From positions 1-47,281 of the forward strand of contig DATKKT010000102.1 in the NCBI GenBank assembly GCA_035542795.1: a stretch of DNA of 47,281 nt, written 5' to 3'. The number at the start of each line of letters is the position of its first letter. Positions within the stretch are counted from its first letter, which is position 1. The notes beneath the pieces were generated by a model. That model was not told the DNA's origin and made no database searches. It saw only the letters and a list, made by a program, of their open reading frames with translations. Both the position numbers and the translations under genes were made by a program. Positions 38,491-47,281 of this stretch are shown here, one piece after another. This DNA comes from Burkholderiales bacterium (GTDB lineage: Bacteria; Pseudomonadota; Gammaproteobacteria; Burkholderiales; SG8-39).

Positions 38491-39469
38491 CCGCGTAGCG
38501 CTTCACCTGGGCGTAGAAGCGCTCCAGGTCGCCGTTGTTTTCCCGCAGGATCTCCTCGAACTCGTTGACGAGCTCGGTGTAGGTCGCGAACGAGGCGAGG
38601 AAGGCGTTGTTCGGCACGACGTCCCGGTAGCGCCCGGCGAGCTTCTGCTTCAGCGCGGCGAGCTCGCGCTGCTTGCGCTCGCGCATCGCCTCGACCGAGA
38701 TGCGCGAGCGGTAGAGCCGCTCCAGGCGCGCGCTCGCCTGCTGGATCTCGGCGACGAGCCGGCGCTGCTGCTCCTCCGCGTCGAGCCAGGCGGCAAGTCC
38801 GCGCCCCGTCGCGAGCAGCCAGCGGCGCACGCCCTCGCGCTCGACCACGACGGCGAACGACTCGTTGAAGGTGGAATCGTCCTTCACGTAGGCGACCTGG
38901 TGCGCGAGCTCATGGAAGATGAGGCGCGCGAGCTCGGTGTCGGGATAGCGGATGAAGCTGGAGAGCAGCGGATCGTCGAAGCTGCCCAGCGTCGAATACG
39001 CGGCCACGCCGTAGACGAAGACGTCGTAGCCCTGCGCGCGCAGCCCCGCAGCGTAGTGCTCGGCATCGGCCTGCGCGAAGAAGCCGCGGTAGGCGACGCA
39101 GCCGGCCACCGGGAAGCAGGACTGCAGCGGCGCGAGCGCGAACTCGGGCGCCGCGACCACGTTCCAGACTGCATAGGGCCGGCCGATGTCGGAGTAGCTG
39201 CGGTAGCTGCCGTTGTCCGGAAGCATGAGCTCCCTGCTCGCGTAATCGCGGATCGAGCGCGCGAGCAGCAGGCGCTCGCGCAGCGGCGCCGGGGTCGCCT
39301 TGTCGGCGAGCAGCGCGTCCACGCTGCGCTTGCCGGCCATGAGCGACACCTGGCCGCTCACCGCCTGCGCGTAGTAGGCGAGCGTCTCGCAGCCCGCGAG
39401 CAGAAGAGCGCACAGCAGGCTAGCGAGAACTCTCAGGAAATCGTCCTTTCGTGAGAAAAGCAGCCACAT
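38444..39469 (-). CDS. Putative zinc aminopeptidase lipoprotein (DUF2265-type)
   Basis: Lipobox LLLAGC, the HExxH motif in IFHELAHQ, and conserved CFPVAGCVAYRGFF. It overlaps its neighbours at both ends, so the start is moderately uncertain. Confidence 0.8.
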   Translation of the reverse strand: MWLLFSRKDDFLRVLASLLCALLLAGCETLAYYAQAVSGQVSLMAGKRSVDALLADKATPAPLRERLLLARSIRDYASRELMLPDNGSYRSYSDIGRPYAVWNVVAAPEFALAPLQSCFPVAGCVAYRGFFAQADAEHYAAGLRAQGYDVFVYGVAAYSTLGSFDDPLLSSFIRYPDTELARLIFHELAHQVAYVKDDSTFNESFAVVVEREGVRRWLLATGRGLAAWLDAEEQQRRLVAEIQQASARLERLYRSRISVEAMRERKQRELAALKQKLAGRYRDVVPNNAFLASFATYTELVNEFEEILRENNGDLERFYAQVKRYAASAPSSRGPLSKPTP

Positions 39470-40043
39470 GCCCGGCCACGCGCGCCGACACGAGCATCGC
39501 GCTGTGGCCCACGGCCAGCGTCGCGCGCTCGGTCATGCCTGCCACCGCAGTCTCCTCCACGCTCACCACGCCGTCGTTGGCGCCGGGCAGCGGACCGAAC
39601 AGGCGCCCGAGCCCGAGCGGCGTGCTGCCCGCGATGACGCCGAGCGCTTCGGGCCGCGCCCAGCGCGCCGCGCGCCCCTCGCGCCACAGGTCCTCGCTTT
39701 CGCCGAGCAGCCAGCGCCCGCCGGGATAGCGGGCCAGGCGCCGGCCCGCGAAGCAGCCCTGCGCCGGCGTGCCGAGCAGCACTACGCGCCCGGCCTGCAT
39801 CCCGGGCTCGCGCTGCAGCGCCTCGAGGATCACGAGGCCCCCGAGGCTGTGGCCCACGAAGTGCGCAGGTCCATGGTCGCGCGCGAAGCGCGCCAGGCGC
39901 TCGGCGTGCGCCTCGAGCGGACGCCGTGCGCCCATGTACGAGAACGTGCGGCAGCGGAATCCTGCGCGCGCGAGGCGCGCAGCGAGCGGCTGCATCACCA
40001 CGCCGGGCACCCACAGCCCGTGGGCGAGGATCACTTCGCGCAT
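39420..40043 (-). CDS. Alpha/beta hydrolase (esterase/lipase-like)
   Basis: Nucleophile elbow GHSLGG. Length is 207 aa. The ATG abuts the stop of the upstream thioesterase gene. Confidence 0.8.
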   Translation of the reverse strand: MREVILAHGLWVPGVVMQPLAARLARAGFRCRTFSYMGARRPLEAHAERLARFARDHGPAHFVGHSLGGLVILEALQREPGMQAGRVVLLGTPAQGCFAGRRLARYPGGRWLLGESEDLWREGRAARWARPEALGVIAGSTPLGLGRLFGPLPGANDGVVSVEETAVAGMTERATLAVGHSAMLVSARVAGHVAAFLTKGRFPESSR

Positions 40044-40499
40044 CTAGCTCTCCGGAGGCGCGTCGGGGGGCGCGGGGCGCATCCTCGCCATTCTGAAATT
40101 CGCGCTGATGCGCGCGATCGGCTGGCCGTTCGCGAGCAGATGGCCCACGGCCGAGGCCGTGCGCGCGCCCGCGTTCAGCACCCTCACCTCGGATTGCACC
40201 CAGTCGCCGGCCCGCGTGCTCGCGAGGTACTGGACCTGAAGGTCGATGGTGACGAAGTTCTTTCCGCCGCCCCCGGCATCGCTGGCAGCGGCGCAGGCGT
40301 AGCCGAGCGCGATGTCGGCCAGCGTCGCGATCAGCCCGCCATGGCCGGTGCCGCGGTTGTTGAGATGCCGCTCCTCGATGCGCAGGCCGATGGAAATCTC
40401 GCGCCCGTCGCGCTTCGCATAGAACGGGCCGGCCAGCCCCGCGAAGGTGTGCGGCTGGATGCGCTGCACGCGCTCGAAGCCCTCGGGAATGTCGCTCAT
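40044..40499 (-). CDS. PaaI-family (hotdog fold) thioesterase
   Basis: NNRGTGHGGLIATLADIALG. Length is 151 aa. Confidence 0.85.
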   Translation of the reverse strand: MSDIPEGFERVQRIQPHTFAGLAGPFYAKRDGREISIGLRIEERHLNNRGTGHGGLIATLADIALGYACAAASDAGGGGKNFVTIDLQVQYLASTRAGDWVQSEVRVLNAGARTASAVGHLLANGQPIARISANFRMARMRPAPPDAPPES

Positions 40500-41710
40500 G
40501 GCCCCGGAATTCTAGCGAGCAGCCAGGCGCCGACCGCGAACGCGGGCACGGCGAACGCCGCGTACGCGGCCGGATAGCCGCCGGTCAGGCCGAGCGCGAG
40601 GTTGAACGCGGGCGGCGCGACCACCACGCCGAGAAACGTGAAGAACAGCGCGCCGCCGGTGGCGGCGCTCGCGCGCCCTTCGGGCGCGAGTCTTGCGACC
40701 TCCGCGAGGTAGACGCCGTTCCAGCCTACCGCGGTCGCGCCGAACACGGAGGCATAGGCGCACAGCAGCCACACCGGCCATTGCGGCGCGGCCGCGAGCG
40801 CTACGAGCGCCGACGCGCCCATGCCCAGGCCGAGCAGCCCCAGCATCGTGCGACGCTTCAGCGCCCGGTCGGCGAGAATTCCCCAGAGCACGCGGCCCGT
40901 GACGCTCGCCACCTGCGCCACCGCCATCACCAGGCCCGCGAGCACCAGCGACAGGCCGAAGCTCTCCACGAGGAAGCTGACGAGGTAGGTGACCAGCGTG
41001 ATCTGCACGCCGCCGTAGACGAAGCCCGCGACGCAGAGCTGGCGCAGCCGCCGGTCGCGCAGCGCCAGCCCCACCGGCGCGAGCGCCGAACGCAGCGACA
41101 CCGGCGCGCGCGGGTCGAGATCGCGGTCGTAGTGCGCTCGCACGATCGCGATCCCCGCCGCGAGGGTGAGGCAGGCGCCGCCGATCGCGAGCGCGCCCCG
41201 CTCCCAGCCGAAGGCGAGGATCAGCGTCGGCACGAGCAGGCCGGCGAGCGCGCCGCCCGCGGGCACGCCGGTCTGCTTGATCGAGAAGATGAGCGAGAAA
41301 TAGCGCGGCGGCGTGCGCACGAGGATCGAGGAGCTCGCCGGCGTGGTCGGCCCGTAGCCCAGGCCGACGATGAAGCCGCCCAGCACGACGACGGGGAGCC
41401 AGCCGCTCGCCGCGAGCGACAGGCCGACAAAGCAGAGCGCGAGAGCCGCCTGGCTCACGCGAATGGGGCCGAAGCGCGCCACCCAGCCGCCCGCCGCCGC
41501 CGAGGCGAGCATGCTGCCGAGGTAGCTCGCGGCGATGTAGTAGCCGACGCTGGCGGCCGGGACGCCGAGCGCGGGACCGGCGACCGGCGCCATCACCGGC
41601 GCGCTGTAGACGGCGAACGCGACCATGGTCTGGATCGCGAAAGTGATCGCGAGCGAGATCGGCACCGAATCGGCGATCGGCGCCGCCGCGCGATTCCGCG
41701 GCGCGCTCAT
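40496..41710 (-). CDS. MFS transporter
   Basis: From ATG 41710 there are about 12 hydrophobic segments in 404 aa. The ATGA overlap couples it to the upstream binding-protein gene. The 172-codon upstream extension in the track is Arg-rich shadow sequence. Confidence 0.88.
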   Translation of the reverse strand: MSAPRNRAAAPIADSVPISLAITFAIQTMVAFAVYSAPVMAPVAGPALGVPAASVGYYIAASYLGSMLASAAAGGWVARFGPIRVSQAALALCFVGLSLAASGWLPVVVLGGFIVGLGYGPTTPASSSILVRTPPRYFSLIFSIKQTGVPAGGALAGLLVPTLILAFGWERGALAIGGACLTLAAGIAIVRAHYDRDLDPRAPVSLRSALAPVGLALRDRRLRQLCVAGFVYGGVQITLVTYLVSFLVESFGLSLVLAGLVMAVAQVASVTGRVLWGILADRALKRRTMLGLLGLGMGASALVALAAAPQWPVWLLCAYASVFGATAVGWNGVYLAEVARLAPEGRASAATGGALFFTFLGVVVAPPAFNLALGLTGGYPAAYAAFAVPAFAVGAWLLARIPGP

Positions 41711-42879
41711 TTGAGGATCTTGCGCGCGTCCCAGGCCGGGTACGGCTGCCGCTTTGCGGTCGCGAGCGCCTCGGGCCACACGATCTCGCGACGGCCGCGC
41801 TGCACCTGCACGAGCAAAGGCTGCGCGCCGACCTGCGCGCCCGCGCGGTCCACCTTGTAGGGCCCGAGCGGCGTCTGCGTTTCCAGCGCGGCGAGCGCCG
41901 CGCGCAGCTTCTCCTGCTCGAGCGTGCCGGCGCGCCGCACGCCTTCTTCGAGCACTTTGCCCGCGGCGTAGCCCTCGGCGGCGAGCACGCCGGGCTCGGC
42001 GGACCATTTCGCCGCGTAGTCGCGCACGAACTCGGCGTTGCCGCGCGTGCGCGCGCGGGGATCGTAGGCGGTCATGCCGAGGGCGAACTCGGCGTCCTGG
42101 CCGACCAGCTTCACGAACTCGCTCGCCGAGGCGCCCTGCGCGGCGAAAAGCCGCGGCGCGTAGCGCAGCCTGCGGAACGTCTTCACCATCTCGGCCGCGT
42201 CGTGCGGCAGGCCGAACGCGATCCACGCTTCGCTGCCCGCGGCGCGCGCGCGCAGAACCTGCGCCGAGAAATCGTCGGCCGAGGCCGGGTAGACCTCCAC
42301 TTCGCCCACTGTCAGGCCCTGCGCGACGGCCTGCTCGCGCGCCCGGCTCGCCGTTTCGCGCGAGGTCGGGTCGTCGCGCGCGAGCAGGACGACACGCTGG
42401 AGCCCCTGCGCGCGCACGGCCTCCAGCGCGCCCGCCCCCCAGGCGGCGAGCGGCGTCGCGGTCTGGAAGACGTAGCGGAAATTGGGCTTCTGCGTCCCAC
42501 GCGTCGCGCCCGTGCCGTTGACGAGCACGCGCCGGTGGCGCTCGGCCGCGCCCGCGGCGCCGAGCGTGGCCGCCGAGCCGAACGGCCCGATCAGCAGCTC
42601 GGCCTTGCCTTGCGCGATCAGCTGCTCGTAGAGCCTGCCCGCATCGCCGGATTCCGAGTGGTCGTCGACGACGAGCAGCTCGACGCGCCGGCCGGCCAGG
42701 CCGCCGGCGGCGTTCACCTGCTCCTGCCAGAGCAGCAGCGCCTTGCGGTAGTCCGCGGCGAGGTCGGCGAGGATGCCCGATTCCGGCAGCGCGACGCCGA
42801 CCGTCACGCTCTGCGCTTCCGCAGGTTGCGAGTACGCCGGCGTGGCGAGGAGCAGGACGAGGGCGAGGAGCCGGCGCAT
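41707..42879 (-). CDS. Periplasmic substrate-binding protein, Leu/Ile/Val-binding (LivJ) family
   Basis: A signal peptide, then VTVGVALPESGILADLAADYRKALLLWQEQVNAAGGLAGRRVELLVVDD. Confidence 0.88.
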   Translation of the reverse strand: MRRLLALVLLLATPAYSQPAEAQSVTVGVALPESGILADLAADYRKALLLWQEQVNAAGGLAGRRVELLVVDDHSESGDAGRLYEQLIAQGKAELLIGPFGSAATLGAAGAAERHRRVLVNGTGATRGTQKPNFRYVFQTATPLAAWGAGALEAVRAQGLQRVVLLARDDPTSRETASRAREQAVAQGLTVGEVEVYPASADDFSAQVLRARAAGSEAWIAFGLPHDAAEMVKTFRRLRYAPRLFAAQGASASEFVKLVGQDAEFALGMTAYDPRARTRGNAEFVRDYAAKWSAEPGVLAAEGYAAGKVLEEGVRRAGTLEQEKLRAALAALETQTPLGPYKVDRAGAQVGAQPLLVQVQRGRREIVWPEALATAKRQPYPAWDARKILK

Positions 42880-42922
42880 GCCTGTGCCAAGTTAAGCTGT
42901 GGGAAAATCGTCGTCAAGAATC

Positions 42923-44308
42923 ATGCGCAACGACCTGCTCGGCGCGCTCGCGGCTATCGTTGGCGAGAAGAACGTCCTCGCCGGCGAGCGCGAGGCCTCG
43001 CCCTATCTCACCGACTGGCGCAAGCAGTTCAGCGGCGCCGCCGCCTGCGTGGTGCGGCCCGCGAGCACTGCGGAGGTCGCGGACACGGTGCGTTTGTGCG
43101 CGCAGGCGGGTGTGGCGATCGTGCCGCAGGGCGGCAACACGGGCCTGGTGGGAGGCTCGGTGCCGACCGGCGAGCGCCCCGAGATCGTGCTGCAGCTCGG
43201 GCGCATGAACCGCATCCGCGCGATCGACACGCTCAACGATACCGTCACCGCGGAGGCGGGCTGCGTGCTCGCCGACCTGCAGCGCGCCGCCGACGACGCG
43301 GGCCGCCTGTTCGCGCTCTCGCTCGCCGCCGAGGGCAGCTGCCAGATCGGCGGCAACCTCTCCACCAACGCCGGCGGCGTCAACGTATTGCGCTACGGCA
43401 ACGCGCGCGACCAGGTGCTCGGCCTCGAAGCGGTGCTGCCCGACGGACGGGTCTGGGACGGCCTGCGCGGCCTGCGCAAGGACAACACGGGCTACGACCT
43501 GAAGCAGCTGTTCATCGGCGCCGAGGGCACGCTCGGCGTCATCACCGCGGCGGTGCTCAAGCTCCATCCGAAGCCCACGGCCTCGGCCACCGCGTGGATC
43601 GCGGCCGAGAGTCCCGCGCGCGTCGTAGAGCTGCTCGCCCACATGCGCGCCGCGTGCGGCGACCGGCTGAGCGCGTTCGAGCTCGTGTCGAGGAACTGCG
43701 TCGACGCGGTGCTCGCGCACCGGCAGGGCGTTGCAGACCCCCTGCCCGCGCAGAACGCGCCGTGGTTCGTGCTCGCGCAGCTGGACGACTCGGGCTCGCA
43801 CTCGGCGCTCGGCGCGCGGCTCGAGCAGGCGATCGCCGAGGCCATAGAGCGCTCGATCGCGCGCGATGCGGTGATCGCCAGGAACGAGGACCAGCGGCGC
43901 CGGCTCTGGTCGATCCGCGAGTCGATTCCCGAGGCGCAGTTCACCAACGTGAAGCACGACATCTCGGTGCCGATCTCGAGGATTCCCGAGTTCGTCGAGC
44001 GCGCCGGCGCGGCGCTCTCCCGGGCGTTTCCCGGCGAGCCGGTCTATTGCTTCGGCCACGTGGGCGACGGCAATCTGCATTACAACGTCGGCAGTCCGGC
44101 GCTCGTGGCGCGCCGCGACGAGGTCAACCGGCTCGTCTACGAGGCGGTGGATGCGCTCGGCGGCTCGATCTCCGCGGAGCACGGCCTCGGGCAGCTCAAG
44201 CGCGATGAGATCGCGCGCCACAAGCCGGCGATCGAGCTCGATCTCATGCGCGCGGTCAAGCGCGCGCTCGACCCCCAGGGGCTCATGAACCCGGGGAAGG
44301 TGCTCTAG
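42923..44308 (+). CDS. FAD-linked oxidase (D-2-hydroxyacid/glycolate oxidase GlcD-like)
   Basis: FAD-binding PCMH domain (VVRPASTAEVADTVRLCAQAGVAIVPQGGNTGLVGGSVP) and C-terminal SAEHGLGQLK...DPQGLMNPGKVL. ATG 42923 is preferred to GTG 42899. Confidence 0.88.
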   Translation: MRNDLLGALAAIVGEKNVLAGEREASPYLTDWRKQFSGAAACVVRPASTAEVADTVRLCAQAGVAIVPQGGNTGLVGGSVPTGERPEIVLQLGRMNRIRAIDTLNDTVTAEAGCVLADLQRAADDAGRLFALSLAAEGSCQIGGNLSTNAGGVNVLRYGNARDQVLGLEAVLPDGRVWDGLRGLRKDNTGYDLKQLFIGAEGTLGVITAAVLKLHPKPTASATAWIAAESPARVVELLAHMRAACGDRLSAFELVSRNCVDAVLAHRQGVADPLPAQNAPWFVLAQLDDSGSHSALGARLEQAIAEAIERSIARDAVIARNEDQRRRLWSIRESIPEAQFTNVKHDISVPISRIPEFVERAGAALSRAFPGEPVYCFGHVGDGNLHYNVGSPALVARRDEVNRLVYEAVDALGGSISAEHGLGQLKRDEIARHKPAIELDLMRAVKRALDPQGLMNPGKVL

Positions 44309-44310
44309 GC

Positions 44311-45189
44311 CTACTTGTTGCGTACGGCCATGCCGGCCGCGCGCTCCGCCAGGCCCGAGAGCAGCGCCGAGCCGAAGGCGGGGCTGGTCTTCACGAGCTG
44401 CAGGAACGCCGCGCGGTTGATGGCGAGCAGCTTCACGTCGGTCTCGGCCACCGCCGTCGCCGCGCGCGTCGCCTGGTCGACGAGCGCCATCTCGCCGAAC
44501 ACGCCGCCGGGCCCCGCGCGCCCCACGAGGCCGCCCTTGATGGTGATCGCCACCTTGCCCTCGAGCACCACGTACATGAAGGCGCCGCCCGCGCCTTCCT
44601 GCATGATCATCTTGCCCTGCGGGTAGACGGCCGGCTCCTGGGCGCTCATGAGGTTGACCAGGCCCGCGAGCAGCTTCTTGTCGAAGATCGTGGTCTCCTT
44701 CGCCTCGCCCGCGTGCAGCGTGCCGCTCGCGCGCAGCCTGGCGATGGTCCTGCGCAGCCGCTCGTTGATGATGCTCATCAGCATCAGCGCGAACTCGGGC
44801 TTCGCCTGCAGCGCCTGCTCGTACTGCTTCGCGTCCAGGCCGATCAGCGTGCACTTGGTTTTCGCGCGCGCGGTCGCCGTGCGCGGCGCCTTGGCGATCA
44901 CCGCCATCTCGCCGAAGGTCTCGCCGGCCTTGACGCTGCCGATGACCTGGTTCTGCGCGAGCATCTCGACCTCACCCAGGATGAGCACGTACATCTTCGG
45001 GCTCTTGAACAGCCCCCCTGTTTCGTCCTCGGCGAAGATCGTCGCGCCCGCCTCGAAGCTCTCGGGCTTGCCCGCCGACTTGAAGAACTCCATCGCCATC
45101 GCCGCGTTGTAGACCGGGGGCGGCGGCGGCGCGGCCGGCTGCGGCGCCGGCTTCATCGGCGCGGTGTTGGAGAAATCCAGGTCGCTCAT
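44311..45189 (-). CDS. Protein with two cyclic-nucleotide-binding domains and no output domain
   Basis: Two CAP-effector motifs: FGEMAVIAKAPRTATARA and FGEMALVDQATRAATAVA. ATG 45189 is preferred to TTG 45210. Confidence 0.85.
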   Translation of the reverse strand: MSDLDFSNTAPMKPAPQPAAPPPPPVYNAAMAMEFFKSAGKPESFEAGATIFAEDETGGLFKSPKMYVLILGEVEMLAQNQVIGSVKAGETFGEMAVIAKAPRTATARAKTKCTLIGLDAKQYEQALQAKPEFALMLMSIINERLRRTIARLRASGTLHAGEAKETTIFDKKLLAGLVNLMSAQEPAVYPQGKMIMQEGAGGAFMYVVLEGKVAITIKGGLVGRAGPGGVFGEMALVDQATRAATAVAETDVKLLAINRAAFLQLVKTSPAFGSALLSGLAERAAGMAVRNK

Positions 45190-45229
45190 CGCAGTGCTAT
45201 CGAACCGCAATCCGGCGCGAAACGCAATC

Positions 45230-46750
45230 CTACTCCCGGCGATAGACCGGCGCGGGTGCTCGCTGGATCGCTACGTTGACGCAGGCGGCCCGCCTTGCAT
45301 CCACCGCGCGTGCCAGGGCCGGCGCGAGCTGCGCGGGCCGCTCCACGAGCTCGCCGTGGGCGCCGAACGCGGCCGCCACCTGGTCGTAACGGGTGGGCAG
45401 CAGCTCGAGCCCCTTTGCGCGCGCCTCGCCGTAGCTGCGCAGCTGGATCTGATACTCGGCGTTCCAGCAACGGTCATTGCCTATGACCGCGACGTAGGCG
45501 AGCCGTTCGCGCACCGCGGTATCGAGCTCCGAGGGGTGGAAGCCGAACGTGCCGTCGCCCAGCATCGCCACCACCGTCGCGTCCGGGAGCGCGAGCTTCG
45601 CGGCGGCCGCGAACGGCAACGCCGAGCCGATGGCGCCCGCCACGCCGTTGATCAAGCGGTGCGGCGCGGTCACTGTCGCCTGCGCCCACTGGCCGAATTC
45701 GCCGCCGTCGGCGACCAGCACGGCGTCCGGGCCGGCGAGCAGCTTCTGCACCTCGCGACCGACCTCGGCGGGATGCAGAGGCCCTTCCGGCGCCGACGCG
45801 AGGCCCGGCCACTGCGCCGGCCGGTAGGCGAGCGCCGCGCGCGCCTCTTCACGCCAGCCGCTCCTCGGCCACGGCGCGCCCGGCCGAAGGGCAGGCACGG
45901 ACTCGGCCTCGAGCACCCGGCACTCCTTGCCGAACGCGGCGCCGAACTTGAGCGTGAAGTCGAGCGGCTTGGCCACCAGCAGCGCGACGTCGGCCGCCGC
46001 GAGCACCTCGGGGAGGAGCCCCAGGCTCGGATCGTTCGCTCCGCGCGGGCTCTCCATCACGATCGCGGGAACGCCCGTCGCCTCCTCGAATTTCGCGAGC
46101 GCGTCGCGTCCGCGCGCGCTGCTCCAGCCCGGGCCCGCGATGACGAGGGGCTTTTTCGCCCTCTGGAGCGCGGCAAGCAGTTCCGCGTCGTTCCCTGAAG
46201 GAAGAGCATCAGGAACGAAAGCGTCTTTCCCGGGCAGGTCCGCATCCACTTTCGCCTCGAGCAAATCCGACGGCAGGGAGAGATGCACGGCGCCGGGACG
46301 GCCGGATTTCGCGAGGCGCATCGCGCGCGCGAGGTCTTCGCCGAGCGATTGCGCCGAGCGCACGGTCCAGGATGCCTTGCAGACCGGCTCGGCCATCCGC
46401 GCCTGGGCCATTTCCTGGAAAGCGCCCTTGCCGAGTTCGCTGGTCGGCGCATGGCCCGAGAGCAGCAGCACGGGCGACTGGGCGGCGAGCGCGGTGTAGA
46501 GCGCCGAGACCGCGTTGGCGTGGCCCGGTCCGCCGGTGACGAGCGCGACGCCCACTTCGCCCGTGAGCCGCGCCCAGGCGTCGGCCATGTGCACCGCGGC
46601 GGCCTCGTGCCTCACGTGCAGGATCGGCAAGCGCGCATCGAGCGCGGCGTCGAACACCGGCATGACGTGATTGCCGGAAAGCGCGAACACCTGGCGCGTG
46701 CCGGCGCGCGCCAGCGCGCGCGCGATCAGGTCGGCGCCGCGCCGCTTCAC
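45230..46750 (-). CDS. Thiamine-pyrophosphate-binding protein (acetolactate synthase-like)
   Basis: [58 protein letters not shown], and the TPP motif GDGTFGFHPSELDTA...VIGNDRCWN. Confidence 0.88.
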   Translation of the reverse strand: MKRRGADLIARALARAGTRQVFALSGNHVMPVFDAALDARLPILHVRHEAAAVHMADAWARLTGEVGVALVTGGPGHANAVSALYTALAAQSPVLLLSGHAPTSELGKGAFQEMAQARMAEPVCKASWTVRSAQSLGEDLARAMRLAKSGRPGAVHLSLPSDLLEAKVDADLPGKDAFVPDALPSGNDAELLAALQRAKKPLVIAGPGWSSARGRDALAKFEEATGVPAIVMESPRGANDPSLGLLPEVLAAADVALLVAKPLDFTLKFGAAFGKECRVLEAESVPALRPGAPWPRSGWREEARAALAYRPAQWPGLASAPEGPLHPAEVGREVQKLLAGPDAVLVADGGEFGQWAQATVTAPHRLINGVAGAIGSALPFAAAAKLALPDATVVAMLGDGTFGFHPSELDTAVRERLAYVAVIGNDRCWNAEYQIQLRSYGEARAKGLELLPTRYDQVAAAFGAHGELVERPAQLAPALARAVDARRAACVNVAIQRAPAPVYRRE

Positions 46751-46754
46751 CGGC

Positions 46755-47281
46755 CTACTGGCGGATGCCGAGCGCGGTAACCAGCCCGTCGTACAGCTCG
46801 TACTGCTCGCGCACGAACTTCTCGGTCTGCGCCGGCGAGCGGATCGCCGCGATGCCGCCGAGGCGCGCGTTGCCGGTCTGCCAGCCGGGGTCCTTGGCGA
46901 GCCTGGCGAACACGTCCACCCACTTGTCCACGACCTCCTTCGGCAGCCCGGGCGGCCCCATGAGCGCGGTCCAGCCGACGATCTTCTCCATGTCGGCGTA
47001 GCCCGCTTCGCGCGCGCTGGGCACGTCGGGCAGCTCGGGCAACCGCGTGGGCGTGACGAAGAGCGCGCGCAGCGCGCCCGACCGGACGTGCGGGATGACG
47101 GTCGGCACGTTGTTGCAGGCGAACTGCACCTGGCCGCCGAGGACGGCAGTGGTCACTTCGCCGCCGCCCTTGTAGTGGATGCCGACGGCGTGGTCCTTCG
47201 TGAGGCCCGCGAGCGTCAGCCAGTACTGCACCGCCATGTTCTGGCTGGTGCCCACGCCGGCAGTGGAAAAATTGAGCTTGC
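46755..47281 (-). CDS. Bug-family (TctC-like) tripartite tricarboxylate transporter substrate-binding protein; the 5' end lies outside the window
   Basis: HYKGGGEVTTAVLGGQVQFACNNVPTVIPHVRSGALRALFVT and DVPSAREAGYADMEKIVGWTALMGPPGLPKEVV. The frame is open to the window edge. Confidence 0.88.
   Translation of the reverse strand, partial: KLNFSTAGVGTSQNMAVQYWLTLAGLTKDHAVGIHYKGGGEVTTAVLGGQVQFACNNVPTVIPHVRSGALRALFVTPTRLPELPDVPSAREAGYADMEKIVGWTALMGPPGLPKEVVDKWVDVFARLAKDPGWQTGNARLGGIAAIRSPAQTEKFVREQYELYDGLVTALGIRQ

Overview
This is a 47.3-kb window of high-G+C chromosome (most 60-nt lines are above 70% G+C). It is probably a betaproteobacterium of the Burkholderiales; that is an inference from a Bug/TctC-type binding protein, the gene content and the codon bias. 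Most of the window is ordinary, densely packed core metabolism. It includes the uvrA 3' part, a TetR-regulated hydrolase/thioesterase pair, a YddA-like ABC exporter, acetoacetyl-CoA synthetase, aspA, a secreted GGT, gltIJKL, and an ECF sigma/anti-sigma module. It also holds a NIPSNAP-esterase-TPP enzyme operon, metY with a Zn-ADH, a P-type ATPase-DUF4087-macrodomain operon, a GGT-GST-hydroxybutyrate dehydrogenase operon, an MFS transporter, binding proteins and a second TPP enzyme. Many genes are translationally coupled through ATGA, GTGA or TGATG overlaps.

The outstanding feature is a sedentary chromosomal integron at about 30.4-34.9 kb. It has an apparently intact integron integrase (intI, 33860-34882, +) and a divergent attI whose crossover site is GTTAGGT. 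It carries six clear attC sites of 60-90 bp, each bounded by RYYYAAC...GTTRRRY. These delimit seven minus-strand cassettes of visibly lower G+C; two counted lines give 47-48%.

Five cassettes encode small proteins I cannot assign to a family: two membrane proteins, one secreted protein and two soluble proteins. One cassette encodes a VOC/glyoxalase protein. The terminal cassette is bicistronic (a short Cys-rich peptide plus a YdhR-like protein) and has no recognisable attC.

To the right of intI, an ORF6N/KilA-N-like gene has no stop codon of its own and runs in frame into a complete signal-less GGT gene. It also contains a 27-bp perfect palindrome.

No rRNA, tRNA, CRISPR array or IS element was seen.
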